Positions 1-12,700 of a DNA stretch of 64,000 nucleotides are shown here, one piece after another. Each line of letters opens with the position of its first letter. Position 1 is the first letter of the stretch. The notes beneath the pieces were generated by a model. The model had not been told where the DNA came from and searched no databases. It saw only the letters and a list, made by a program, of their open reading frames with translations. The translations under genes and the position numbers were made by a program. Location: positions 496,001 through 560,000 of the forward strand of contig CM106585.1 in NCBI GenBank assembly GCA_048013815.1. The letters run 5' to 3'. This stretch comes from Setoptus koraiensis. Its lineage: Eukaryota > Animalia > Arthropoda.

Positions 1-2613
1 CAAAACATCTAATTTTCCCTTTAAATGTACAAATCTCTACACAAAATACAAATTCATCAATATATCCATCCAAATTTCATTCATCCTCACTTCTTCGCTT
101 TCTAAACTTCCAAACAGCAACACAATCAATCTTCCAATGTATTTTAACATCTCCAAGCATCTCGTTCATAGATAATACTCAATAAACAAACAAGGCCTCA
201 ACAACATACACATAACAATCCAAAATAATCTTCACACAATGACATATATATATCACATCACACAAACACATGTTCTCGTTTCAGAATTGTCCGCTTGTCC
301 AGGCAATCTCTTTTATCAATCAATGAGCTACATAAACACATTACAAAAATTCACACAACATCCACTCACACATAATCACAATATCAAGATCAACACAACA
401 CCAGAAGACCCACCAAAAAAATCAAACAATCAATCAATCAACTTTCATCCATACCTTACAGCATCATATATCATACATCCAAAATAAATTCCATCTCTCA
501 TAACCAAATACATATATTTTCAATCCAAAACATCTTTTGCCAGGAACATTCAACCCACCATCAGATAAACATATCAATCCACTTGATAATAACCAATAAC
601 ATATAATATGATTCATACATAGTACATCACAGAACACAACATCCATCATCATAATCTAAACAGCATAATATATTCCTACCAACATCACCACAATATCACA
701 TAACAAAAAGGACGTCGATATCCAACAATTAATTCCTTAGCACATCAAATCCACATCAAACCTTTTGTCTTATTCCCCATTAAAGAAACAAATAACACAC
801 AAACAAAACCACATCATATCCATTCATCCAACAAAATCATCTCATATCAAAGCATCAAAAAACACATCAGACAACCCAAATCAAAACCAATCATCAAACA
901 TCATCAAAAATTATCAGATTCAAAAAATCGCAGCACAATCTCTTATAAATAATTTCTACATTTCTGTTCAAAAAAAATATTCTCGATCTCAACCATTTTT
1001 TCTAACATCTACAATCACAAACAAATACAACATCTCATAATCTATACAGAATCCCCTACACGAAAAAAACAATATATAAAGATCAAACTCACCAACACAG
1101 TAATTTCATTTCTACCATACAGACATTCATCCACAACCACAAATCACATTACAAAAACAATGTTAGCAATATTTCCAATCCAAAAAAAACATCAGCTTAA
1201 TCTCCAATTAAGCATAATCCCAAGATAAAATCCTAAATTTCACATAATCAATCTTCAAAATCAAATTAAAAACACACAATCGCACATCACACAACCAGCA
1301 TTCTCAATCCTCATAATCACAAAAATCAATCATAAATAAAATCCACCATTCCAATCTGGCCTACATTCCATCCTCATCAACCAATTAAAAGCCACCAGCC
1401 CCAATAGTCCAAAACAACAATACATCACACTCAATACCATTTTACACAAATCCTTATCCGCATTCATCTTACAAATCCAAAACATCCACATCTAATTCCC
1501 GACATACACCAACATTCCACCACAACATCTAGCCTCATAATAAATCAAATGCAAACATGTAGTTCTTAGATTCGATTCAATCTCCATTATTAACACTAAC
1601 ATCGACACATAACGAAAATATTATTTTTCTCAGTTTATGCAAATAAAAATCACATATTCCTCCCGCCAAAAATATATTATTACATATATCTCATTCTCTC
1701 ATTAAACTCCCATATATCAAAAATCTCCACATCAAGAATCCAAAACACACCACCAACACATCACACATAACCATACAAACAAAAAAAATTATTTCATCCC
1801 ATCAATATAAAATTCATCCCCATCGTCCATATACCCAATCCAATCATCCATATCCACATATCCTCACAAACCAATCTCCTCAAAACAATCTATCCATCCT
1901 CTTATCAACACATTTCAATCATTTCGCATCATCAATTCAGCACAAGTTAACAGTCATCTACTCATTAAACACAATAATCAAAATCTACAAGAAATCAATC
2001 CCCTATATCCTTCCTGAAAAAAAGTCCACATCAAAACCAATCTGTCACACACATATAGCCGTGCAACCATCCACTCGCAAATTATAAAACACATAACTTA
2101 ACTCAATTCATCCCACACACAACACTATCCACATCCTCCATCCTACAACAAAATCATAAATAAACCAATCAAACAACACAATTAATTCTAAAATCAATTC
2201 CCCTACAGTCAATCATCCTAAAACATCCAGCTACCCATCAATCACTACAATCAAACACATACATCACAAATCATTTAACAATCTCTCCAAAACCAACCAT
2301 AATTAAAAAAATTACACTCAATAATCAATTCAAAACATAATCAATCATATCCCAATCAATGCATCATACCCCATAAAAATATCTTCATAATATATATACC
2401 ATATCGAAGCAAGCACAAACATAACAACACAATTATCAATACAAACATCCAACATCAGATTCTCTTAAAACACAAACAATTTCAATTACTAACCATCTTC
2501 TCAACACATATACATCCGAATAACCAAACATAATCATCCTGTCATCAATTTAAATCTAAACATCATCAATAACACCACATCCAGTCCTCACAGCCAGCAA
2601 TATGCAAATCAAG
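1..2613. other. Strongly G-depleted, A/C-rich segment; probable low-quality contig end
   Basis: By eye only a few G per 60-nt line, far fewer than downstream. No recognisable ORF, and it ends at an N gap. Confidence 0.6.
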
Positions 2614-3113
2614 NNNNNNNNNNNNNNNNNNNNNNNNNNNNNNNNNNNNNNNNNNNNNNNNNNNNNNNNNNNNNNNNNNNNNNNNNNNNNNNNNNNNNNN
2701 NNNNNNNNNNNNNNNNNNNNNNNNNNNNNNNNNNNNNNNNNNNNNNNNNNNNNNNNNNNNNNNNNNNNNNNNNNNNNNNNNNNNNNNNNNNNNNNNNNNN
2801 NNNNNNNNNNNNNNNNNNNNNNNNNNNNNNNNNNNNNNNNNNNNNNNNNNNNNNNNNNNNNNNNNNNNNNNNNNNNNNNNNNNNNNNNNNNNNNNNNNNN
2901 NNNNNNNNNNNNNNNNNNNNNNNNNNNNNNNNNNNNNNNNNNNNNNNNNNNNNNNNNNNNNNNNNNNNNNNNNNNNNNNNNNNNNNNNNNNNNNNNNNNN
3001 NNNNNNNNNNNNNNNNNNNNNNNNNNNNNNNNNNNNNNNNNNNNNNNNNNNNNNNNNNNNNNNNNNNNNNNNNNNNNNNNNNNNNNNNNNNNNNNNNNNN
3101 NNNNNNNNNNNNN
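2614..3113. other. Assembly gap of exactly 500 N
   Basis: Counted directly. A round number indicates a placeholder of unknown true size, so the ORFs called across it (2602..3120, 2609..3151) are artefacts. Confidence 0.98.
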
Positions 3114-3116
3114 ATC

Positions 3117-6100
3117 ATGAACTCAGCAACATCTTCCGGTGGCGGTATCAATCAGCAGTTACCTTATTCAACAAACTACAGCTCTACAACATCTGATACC
3201 AGTTCAGCGCCATATTTCAACTCGAATAATTCTGGCCAAGGACAACAACAGCACAGTTATTTTCCTCAGTATGGATCAAGCTCTTCCGAAATCCCCAAAG
3301 CCTCATCCATGTGGCCTGATCAAACGAGCCCTCAGACCGGTCCATCTGCTTCAGGTCCTGGTTCATCTATGATGGATACAACTTCTCAATACGGTCAATC
3401 TAATCAATATGAAACGCAACCCAACGCATCTTATGGTGATTACACCTCAGCACCATTACCTACTTCATCCCATGAATACAGCCATATTTCTCAAAGTGAA
3501 ACTACACCAGCTCCACCGGCTGAAGTTGCAGACCCCTATGCAATCGACTTTCAAACATTTGAAGATTATGATGAGCAACCATCTACTCTCAAATCCAAGA
3601 AAGGTAGGCCGAAAAAGGGAGATAATAACGAGACTAAAAAAGAACGTAAGCCTCGGGCTCCACGAGCTTCCAAGGCTAATCCAGGTCCAAAAGGCAAGAA
3701 AGCTAAGGCAAGTGCTATTTCGACGGAACAATCTGTGGACCACACACTACATCCAGTTCAGTTTGAATCATCCGATGTTGTCGGCAATGAATACAATCCA
3801 CCAATGATAAATCAAGAGCATTACCCTACACCTCAGGATCCGTATAGTAACAATAATTCACACTTAAATCAGCCTGAACCACAGAACATGTATGATCAAA
3901 CTAACTTGTCGAACCTTCAGTCTACCATGAAACCAGGTGATAATCAACAATTGGGTGCACCTCATGAATACATGCCTTACAGCGACTATCCGCAACCAAA
4001 TTCGAAGCCGTCTGAGCCTCTTGAAGGTCACCAAAACCAGCAAGATGATAATCCGATTGAAAATTCCATAGAAACTAGTGATAAAATTGAAGACCAAACT
4101 TTTCAAGATTCTACTATAAATTCTCAGTTGCAAGAGAATAACAGCGGCGAAGCAGTTTCATCTAATACCAGTCACTCTGTCATTAATTCTCCAATTGCCA
4201 AAAAAGGTATTCCAAAGTGTGTTACACCATCAATCCATGAAAGCATGAACAAGCAAACTCAAGATACTAGCATTACTGTCGGAGAGGCAAATACATTAGA
4301 GGCTTTGATGAATGATTCGATTCCCATGTCTGAAAATGTAAATTTAGTGAGCGACACGACTGTTAATCATTTAAATTCAACTGACAATATCTGTGATGGG
4401 ACAAATTTAGAGCATACTCAAGAGGATAGTACAGATCAAAATATTCAGAACGAGTCAATGCAAATGCACGTGATGGAAACAAGCGGTCAGCCATCGACTT
4501 ACATCCCAAGTCAAAGTCACCAGAATGCTTACTCTTCTCAACAGAGTCATCACCACTCCGCTTCATCGTCTCCGTCAGTCTATGGTCCCAATTTACAACC
4601 TTCTATCTCAAATCAGATGATATCAAGCTCCCCATCACATAGTCCTACAAGAGCGGCATGTCCAACAAGATCGGTGGCAATGTCTGGTCCATCGCCCAAT
4701 TCTATGGTTACCCCGATGCACACCTATGGCAGCCCAGCAATGACCCACCAGAGCCTTAATGATAATGGCTTATCGCAAAATTTACCTCCCACTTCAAGCG
4801 GATATCTCATGAATTCCCCAAGTCAGTACCAATCCGTTCAAGCACAGCAACAATCGATGATGGATGCGAACCAATCTCATCCTGTAATGAATTCTAGTGA
4901 GCCTAACCCATATCAAACCATGACTAATCAATCTCACATGGCAAGTTCTACTGGTCCGCCTTTCATGAGTGAGCCAACTAGTTTTAGTGGTCAGATAGAT
5001 GGAACTCACCCGATGCTTGATGATCCTATGAGTACCTTCAATGGCGATCAGACTCTGATTCAACAGATTGATACTGCGCCAAAGAAATCTAAGAAGAGGG
5101 CGAAGAAAGAGAAAACTGGTGATTCCTCAGGTAAAAGGAAGAGTAAATCAAAAAGTAATATTCCTCCCCCGGACGTTCAGTTACCTGAAGTCAAGTCAGC
5201 CCCAGATAATTCTGAAAAAATAGATGACCCTGCCATGGAACCGAATAAAGTTGAGGCCGAAGCAGATGGATCCACTCAGCATGTTGATCCTGAGGTTAAA
5301 CCTAAGCCTAAAAGAAAAAGACCAAGTAGATCGAACGCTGAGAAGTCTAGACGCCGTAAGAAGCCCGAGACTAGTACAACTGAGACATTGCCCGTTGAGC
5401 AAGACGAACCTCTCCCTAAAATTCAGAATTCCACCACTGAGGAACCAGAGCCTTGTGCTACTGAAGAGATGGTTGATCCAGATAGTGAGAAGAAAGCTGT
5501 TAAACCTAAAAGAATTCGTGTGAGAGAATCGAGACCTTCACGAAAGAAGAAGCTTCCCAAAATAGCCCTGAAATTTTGTAAAACAAAGAAACGTAAGCGA
5601 TTGGGATCATCCGATAATGACCAGTCAGATTTAGACAAGACTCCTCCACCCTCTCCAGATGAGCTGGAGTCAGGAGTTCAGAAAAGAAGATCAGCTCGAA
5701 ACACGAAGCGACAGAAATATACTGAGAATATCGAACTAGGATTCAGTGACGACGATGATGACAGTCGACCCCTCCCATCAAAATCACGATCAAGTGCCAA
5801 GAGTGATAATCTTCCTATAAGTTCTACATCTGACACAAATTTCAATGAAACTAACGAAGGTTCGATCAACGATGAAAGTTCCGATGTTAATCACTCGAAA
5901 GAGAATAACGTAGTAGCAGCCCCTGTAGAAGATACTATGGTAGTAGAAAAAATTCTAGCTTCTAGAATGGGCACACGAGAACTAGAGCCTGAACCTGGAG
6001 AAGTTATGCTTCCAGATGCGCCAACTCATATTGAGGTAGAAGAGTTTCATGTGAAATACAAGAATCTTTCATATTTGCACTGTGATTGGAGAACCGAAGA

Positions 6101-9100
6101 GGAACTAGAGAAAGGAGACAAGAGGGTGTCTCAGAAGTTGAAAAAATTCAAACAAAGAAAGGACAGCCTTGTTTTCGACTATATGGACGATGAATCCTTC
6201 GATCCTCAGTATTGTGAAGTAGATCGAATATTAGCTGTCAATGAACATGAGGAACTTGTTCCTGAAAGTGATGATGAAGAAGCAAAGGAGTCTGAAAAGT
6301 CTGAATCAAACCAAGAAAAGCAACCCGATAGTGAAAACCCACCATTAAGTGATATAGCTAGTAATGCTGTCAAGGATGAAAAGTCTCTGCCAGAATCTGG
6401 AAATATATCTGCAGAAAATCCATCGAATGATATCGAATGTCGAAACGACCTCGTTGATTCTCCCAATACTAAGTCGAACAACGCTGATCAAGTTTCAGAC
6501 AATCTAACTGCTTCAGTTGACAATGAAGAGACCGGCGAAAAATCAACTGTCGAACCTGATACGAACGTGGAAAAAATTGACAAAGTAGAGGAGACTCACG
6601 AATCGGATCATGATACCATCACCAAAGATGTATCTGCAGCTCAATCTGAACTTCAACCACCCAAAGATCAATTTACGGAGGAATTTAAACAAGATCTCAG
6701 TGAAGAATCCCAGGAGGCTAAGGTAGAGATCAATGAAGAGACTGCGAAAGGAGTATCTGAAAACATTTCTCAAGAAACTGCTGTTACTTCGGATAAATCT
6801 AATGAAAATCAAGACGAAGGAGTAGTTGACACCATAAGCAATGAAGTCAAAGAACAAGCGCCACGACGAATGAAAAAGAAGATTGTTCGTCACTATCTGA
6901 TCAAATGGCGTGCATTAGCATATGAAGACTCTACTTGGGAGTTAGAGGACGATCTTAACCCGGCAAAAATAGCCCATTTCAATAGGTTCAAAGATCCACC
7001 ACCCAAATCAAAATGGAAACCAGTCAAGCGACCTAAGGCTGAAGACTGGAAGCGCAAAGAGGACTCGCCAGTATATAAAAACGGCAATACACTGAGAGAA
7101 TACCAATTAGAAGGTCTAAGTTGGCTTACTTTCTGTTGGTACCAAGGAAGGAACTGCATTCTTGCCGACGAAATGGGTCTCGGAAAAACAATTCAATCAA
7201 TAGCGTTTGTAAATGAAATATATCAGCATGGTATTTATGGACCGTTCTTGATCATAGTCCCCTTGTCTACCGTAGGAAATTGGGCTCGCGAGTTCGAGAC
7301 ATGGACTGATCTCAATGTAATAACTTATCACGGTAGTTCCACCAGTAGAGAAATGCTGAAAGAATATGAAATGTTCTACAGGAATGAAGCTGGCCACCGC
7401 ATAACCGCAATATACAAATTTCAAGTAATGATTACCACTTTTGAGATAATACTATCGGACTGCCTTGATCTCAGAGAAATTCCATGGCGCTGCTGTATCA
7501 TTGATGAAGCTCATAGATTGAAAAACAGAAACTGCAAATTATTAGAAGGATTGCGACTACTGAATATGGAGCATAAGGTACTCTTAACTGGTACACCATT
7601 GCAAAATAATACCGAGGAATTGTTTAGTCTACTAAACTTTTTGAATCCCGTTCAGTTTGCTTCAAATGAGCAATTCATAAAGGATTTTGGAGACCTCAAG
7701 ACAGAAGCGCAGGTAGATGAACTCAAGGCTAAGTTGAAACCTATGATGCTTCGCCGTTTGAAAGAAGATGTTGAAAAGAGTTTGGCCCCTAAGGAGGAAA
7801 CAATTGTCGAGGTAGAACTTACAAATATCCAAAAGAAATACTACAGAGCCATTTTAGAGAAAAACTTCTCTTTTCTATCCAAAGGCCAAAGCAATAGCAA
7901 TATACCAAACCTGATGAACACCATGATGGAACTCAGAAAGTGCTGTATACACCCATATCTGATTAATGGAGCTGAAGAACAGATCCTGTATGAGGCAAAG
8001 CAAAGTCGTAGTGGGGGTGAGTCCTTGAGCTCCCTCCAAGCTATGATAAACGCATCCGGTAAGCTTGTTTTAATAGACAAACTTCTACCAAGGTTGAAAT
8101 CCGATGGCCATAGGGTCCTTATATTTTCTCAGATGGTGAGATGTTTGGACATTCTTGAGGACTACGTGGTTCAGAAAAGATATCCTTACGAACGAATTGA
8201 TGGTCGTGTTAGAGGAAACTTGAGACAACAAGCTATAGATCGATACTCTAAACCAGGCTCAGATAGATTCGTCTTTCTATTGTGCACGAGAGCTGGAGGG
8301 TTAGGTATCAATTTGACAGCAGCTGATACAGTTATCATATTCGACTCCGATTGGAATCCACAAAATGATTTGCAAGCTCAGGCACGATGTCACAGAATTG
8401 GTCAATCTAAAGCCGTAAAAATTTACCGTCTAATTTGTCGTAACACTTATGAAAGAGAGATGTTTGACAAAGCGAGCTTGAAATTAGGTCTTGATAAAGC
8501 TGTACTGCAGTCAATGAATACTCAAAAAGGAGGTGTTGGTCCATCAGACGGTCAGCTATCTAAGAAAGAAATTGAGGAACTTCTACGCAAGGGGGCTTAT
8601 GGTGCCCTGATGGATGACGATAATGCAGGAGACAAGTTTTGTGAGGAAGACATTGATCAAATTCTTTCGCGACGTACTCAAGTGATCACTATTGACAACT
8701 CGGAGGCGAAAGGATCAACTTTCTCTAAAGCAACATTTTCCTCCAGTAGCAACCGAGAAGATATAGAACTAGACGATCCCAACTTCTGGGAGAAATGGGC
8801 GAAGAAAGCCAATCTCGACTCTGATGAGCTCAAGAACAAAGACGATCTTATTGTTCTAGAACCCAGAAAGAGAACTCAAACCAAGAGATTCGGAGCCGAC
8901 GATTCTCTTCTGGACATAAGTGATCTCGATTCTAGCGATGAGGATGAGGAGAATATCTCCATGCGAACCAGAGGAAGCAGAGGTAGGGTTCCAAAGACCA
9001 CCTCAGCATCGAAACGAGGCAAACGAAGAGCTTTTGATTTTGACGATGACGACTCTATGCTAGAATTCGCACCCGGAAATTGGACACGCCACGAATGCTG

Positions 9101-9499
9101 TAAGATTGAGAAGGGCTTGCTCACATATGGTTGGGATAGATGGGACGAAATCATCAAAACTGCTAATTTCAAGCGCAAAATAACAGCAAGTGATTGTGAA
9201 AATGTTGCCCGAGTTATTCTATTGTGCTGTCTCACTAACTATAAGGGAGATGAAAAGATCAAGAGTTTTATATGGGAAATGATATCGCCACAGGAGGATG
9301 CTAACAAGACTGATAATGATCTCGATTCTAGTTATTCATCAAGTCGTGGTAGAAAATCTAAATCTCACCAGTCTTCATCCAAAAGAACTATAGCTGAAGA
9401 AATTTCTTCTGCCGAATGGCCAAAAGATCCTAACTACGATCCTGCAATCTTATTGCCCGATGATCAGTATCGACGTCATTTGCAGCGACACAGCAACAA
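3117..9499 (+). CDS. kis: CHD6-9/kismet-family chromatin remodeller, exon 1 (possibly 5'-incomplete)
   Basis: Chromodomain 1 (VEKILASR...[17 protein letters not shown]) and chromodomain 2 ([10 protein letters not shown]...[17 protein letters not shown]). SNF2 motifs [32 protein letters not shown] and [11 protein letters not shown]. Subfamily motifs [11 protein letters not shown] and [13 protein letters not shown]. The frame is open from the gap edge. GTAAGT donor at 9500. Confidence 0.95.
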
Positions 9500-9723
9500 G
9501 TAAGTATTCAACTTATTCGAGAATTCTATCAAATTTGAATATGATGACCCAACCATGCTAATACCGATGAATTGAATTGTGTCCTATCAGTTCTATTCGA
9601 TGAGTTAAACCTTATCTTCTCACTTCGCTAAAATCTGATCAAGCAAAACTCTCCAAGTTGAACTTCGTTGATATACATACTAATGCATGACAATGAAAAT
9701 CCTCTCATCTTAAAATACTTTAG
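9500..9723 (+). other. 224-nt phase-2 GT-AG intron of kismet
   Basis: AA|GTAAGT donor, CTAAT branch-like motif near 9680, TTTAG|G acceptor. Splicing gives HSNK-VLLRVKLLHYLK, matching CHD7 HCNKVLLRVRMLYYL. Confidence 0.93.
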
Positions 9724-12700
9724 GGTCCTTCTGAGGGTGAAACTATTACACTATCTTAAGACTGATGTTATAGGAGACGCCCAGGATCAGATATCGGCTG
9801 GCATCTCTGCTAAGGATGTCAACATACCTTCACCATCAGTCGATGGTGGTGATTTGCCTGTCCCATGGTGGGATGATGAGGCTGACAAATCGCTTGTTAT
9901 TGGTATATATAAACATGGTTATGACAGATTCAATCTCATGCGCCAAGATCCTAGTTTATGTTTCTTCCAAAAATGTGGACCTCCGGACAATGCTGCCCTG
10001 GACGCTGAAATCAATGCGGGTGAAGACGCTGCTAAAAGTGTCGATGATGAGGAAGAGAATGAGACTCAGAACAGTCTCTCACAAAACAACAACCAGACCT
10101 CGAAGGCCGCTGAAACAGAGAACAACCAAGAGTCTTCAGTTACTATTAACTTTAAGGATAATGTTGGAAGCGACCTCAAAAAGCATGAGGACGTCACTAC
10201 AGACGACAAGGCTCGAAACAGCGATGGCTCAAACGAAAACGAATCCAAAGAAATCATAGGAAAGGTTCTCGATGATTCGAATGAGATATCTATGATTGTG
10301 GATGCGGTTTGCTCAGTAGTGACTGAACAGCAGAACAATGTCACAGATAAGGAAGTATCTGAAGATGAGAACAAGAATAGTATCATCAACGGCTGCGATG
10401 AAAAATCAATTAAAACCGAAGAGCCTGCTCAGGATGAACCAATGAACGTCGATACTATCGAGGATACGAAATTGCAACTCCCTGACGACTCCAACAAATC
10501 CGAAAAGAACCATCCGCCCACTCACGGCGATACACCTCAAAATAACGAGCGCGATGTCAAGATCAGTCAGAATGGTGGCAGCCTGTTATCCGAAGACGAT
10601 CGCTCGAAGGCCACAACAAATCCATTTTTACCTTTCCCATCTCAATCAGATCTCAACCAGAGATTCAGACGAATAATTACATCATACCAACGTAACTCAA
10701 AGAGACAAGAAATCAAGATGGCACAAAAAGTCCGCGATGAGTTAAAGAAAGAGAGGACCAGTAAATTCGAGGCTGCACGTAACGAGCGTGAGGAAAGAAA
10801 AAGGTCCCAAGCTCAGAAATGGTCTAGAAGAGAGGAAGGTGACTTTTATAGAACGATCGCATCATTCGGTGTCGATTACAAGCGCGACGAAAAGCGTTAC
10901 GATTGGAACAAATTTAGATCTCTTGGTAAGCTTGAAAAGAAAATGGACGAAACTATGGATGAATATTACAAAGCTTTCGTTACCATGTGCAAGAAGGTCA
11001 CTTCAAAACCTTTGACCGATGAAGAGGAGAAGTGTCAAATTAATGTTGATCCGATAACAGAGGAAAGAGCGAGTCGCTGTCTCTCACGAATCGAGTTCCT
11101 CAGTAATTTACGTGAGGAAATTGTCACTCACCCAGAACTAGATGAACGACTCAAGTTGTGTCAAACAGCTGTAGATCTTCCGGATTGGTGGATTTGTAGT
11201 AAACATGACAAGGAACTTCTACTATCAGCAGCGAAACACGGCTTGGCAAGATTGGACTTTAACCTGGCTCACGACAAAGAATTTTCCTTCATCGAAGTGA
11301 TAAATAACAAGGCCGAACAACTGTTTAAACAACCACCCAGCCCAGTGCTTATATCTGTATCTCAACTACAAGAATTACTGGAATTGAACGGTATCGAATA
11401 TGTCAAAGATCCGGATCTGACAAGCGACTCAGATGAAGTTCGAGCATTTTTAGACAGTATAATAGACTCCATTGTCGAAGCAGAGAAGTCTTCTAGTGAC
11501 TCTAGTGCTGAGAATCCCGAGGACTCCGATCAGATCAAGAATGAAGCCGAGAAAGAGCAGGGGCCAACTTCAGATTCCATGAACGAGGAAATTAATGAAA
11601 AGAACGTGGACACGACGAACATGGCTGGCGATGGAGATACTGAGCGAGATCCAATATTCAATAAGACTCTCGCTGATTTGATTGATGGACCATCCAATCA
11701 AACTTCATCGAACGAGAATGACCCAACTCCTGAGTCTAAACTCGATGAAATGAACTCGCTACCTATAATATCTATGTCCTCATCTGCAATCAAAACATCA
11801 CCAAAAGGGCAAAAGTTAACCATAGCGTTCACAAATCATCCGAATCCGTATGGAAAATCATCGACTCCCAACATCATTACCAGGAGAAGCTCAAATCTTA
11901 TACGGCCTCTCGAAACAATTGATGGCAATCCATTGTCGGTCAGGCTTGCCTCATTCGGACGCAAAGGTAAAGCCAACGAAGTGAAGATGGCAGAGATCAT
12001 ACCAGTTCTTCCAGAGGAATTTACTGAAGATTATAGACGCTCATTCGAGGCTGGTGAGATCACTATAAGCATACCAACTAACGAAGCCACAATCAACACC
12101 GCCAGTAATGTACCAATTACTCTTCAAGGTGCTAAGTTTATGGTAACATCCAAGTTGAGATGGCCAAAAGATAAATCATTACAACTGAGATTGGAGCATA
12201 TTGTACATGCAGTTGAAAAGAATGAATGGCCTTCATCACGTCAACCATACGTCCACGTCGTACCTACAATCACACTACCGAATCCCACAGCACCTCTTGT
12301 AACAGTCACCACTACCAACTCGACTGCACCCACTACAATAGCCACCCCACTAACATCTGTTGCGGGAATACTCGGACAAACTCCACCAAATCTTCACTCC
12401 AAGAGTATACTGAGTGATAAACCATCTGAGGCGTTGCCCGAAACTCACCCTGCACCTGCTGCGTCTCCAACTCCTTCTGATAGCAGTAGCAAGCGACCCT
12501 CTTCACCTAACCCGGATACACCTAAAAGTAGCGAGGGTCCAACTCGAGGTGCAAAGCGCGGCCGTGGACGTCGACCTAAGAACCCTCCTCCGGCTACAGA
12601 TCCTTCTTTTGTCCAACCTAAATCGGATGCTGATCGTGCACGTCTTAGAAATCTTCTATCCCAGGGACTTAGTTCCAAACAATCAACATCTACTAATCAA

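Noticed and set aside
239-1040. Short ORFs in the G-poor segment
   Set aside because: They arise from biased composition (few TAG/TGA) and show no motifs.
2602-3151. ORFs spanning the N run
   Set aside because: Artefacts of translating Ns.
9668-9723. Separate 1,948-aa gene starting at 9668
   Set aside because: The first 19 codons are intronic; it is kismet exon 2.
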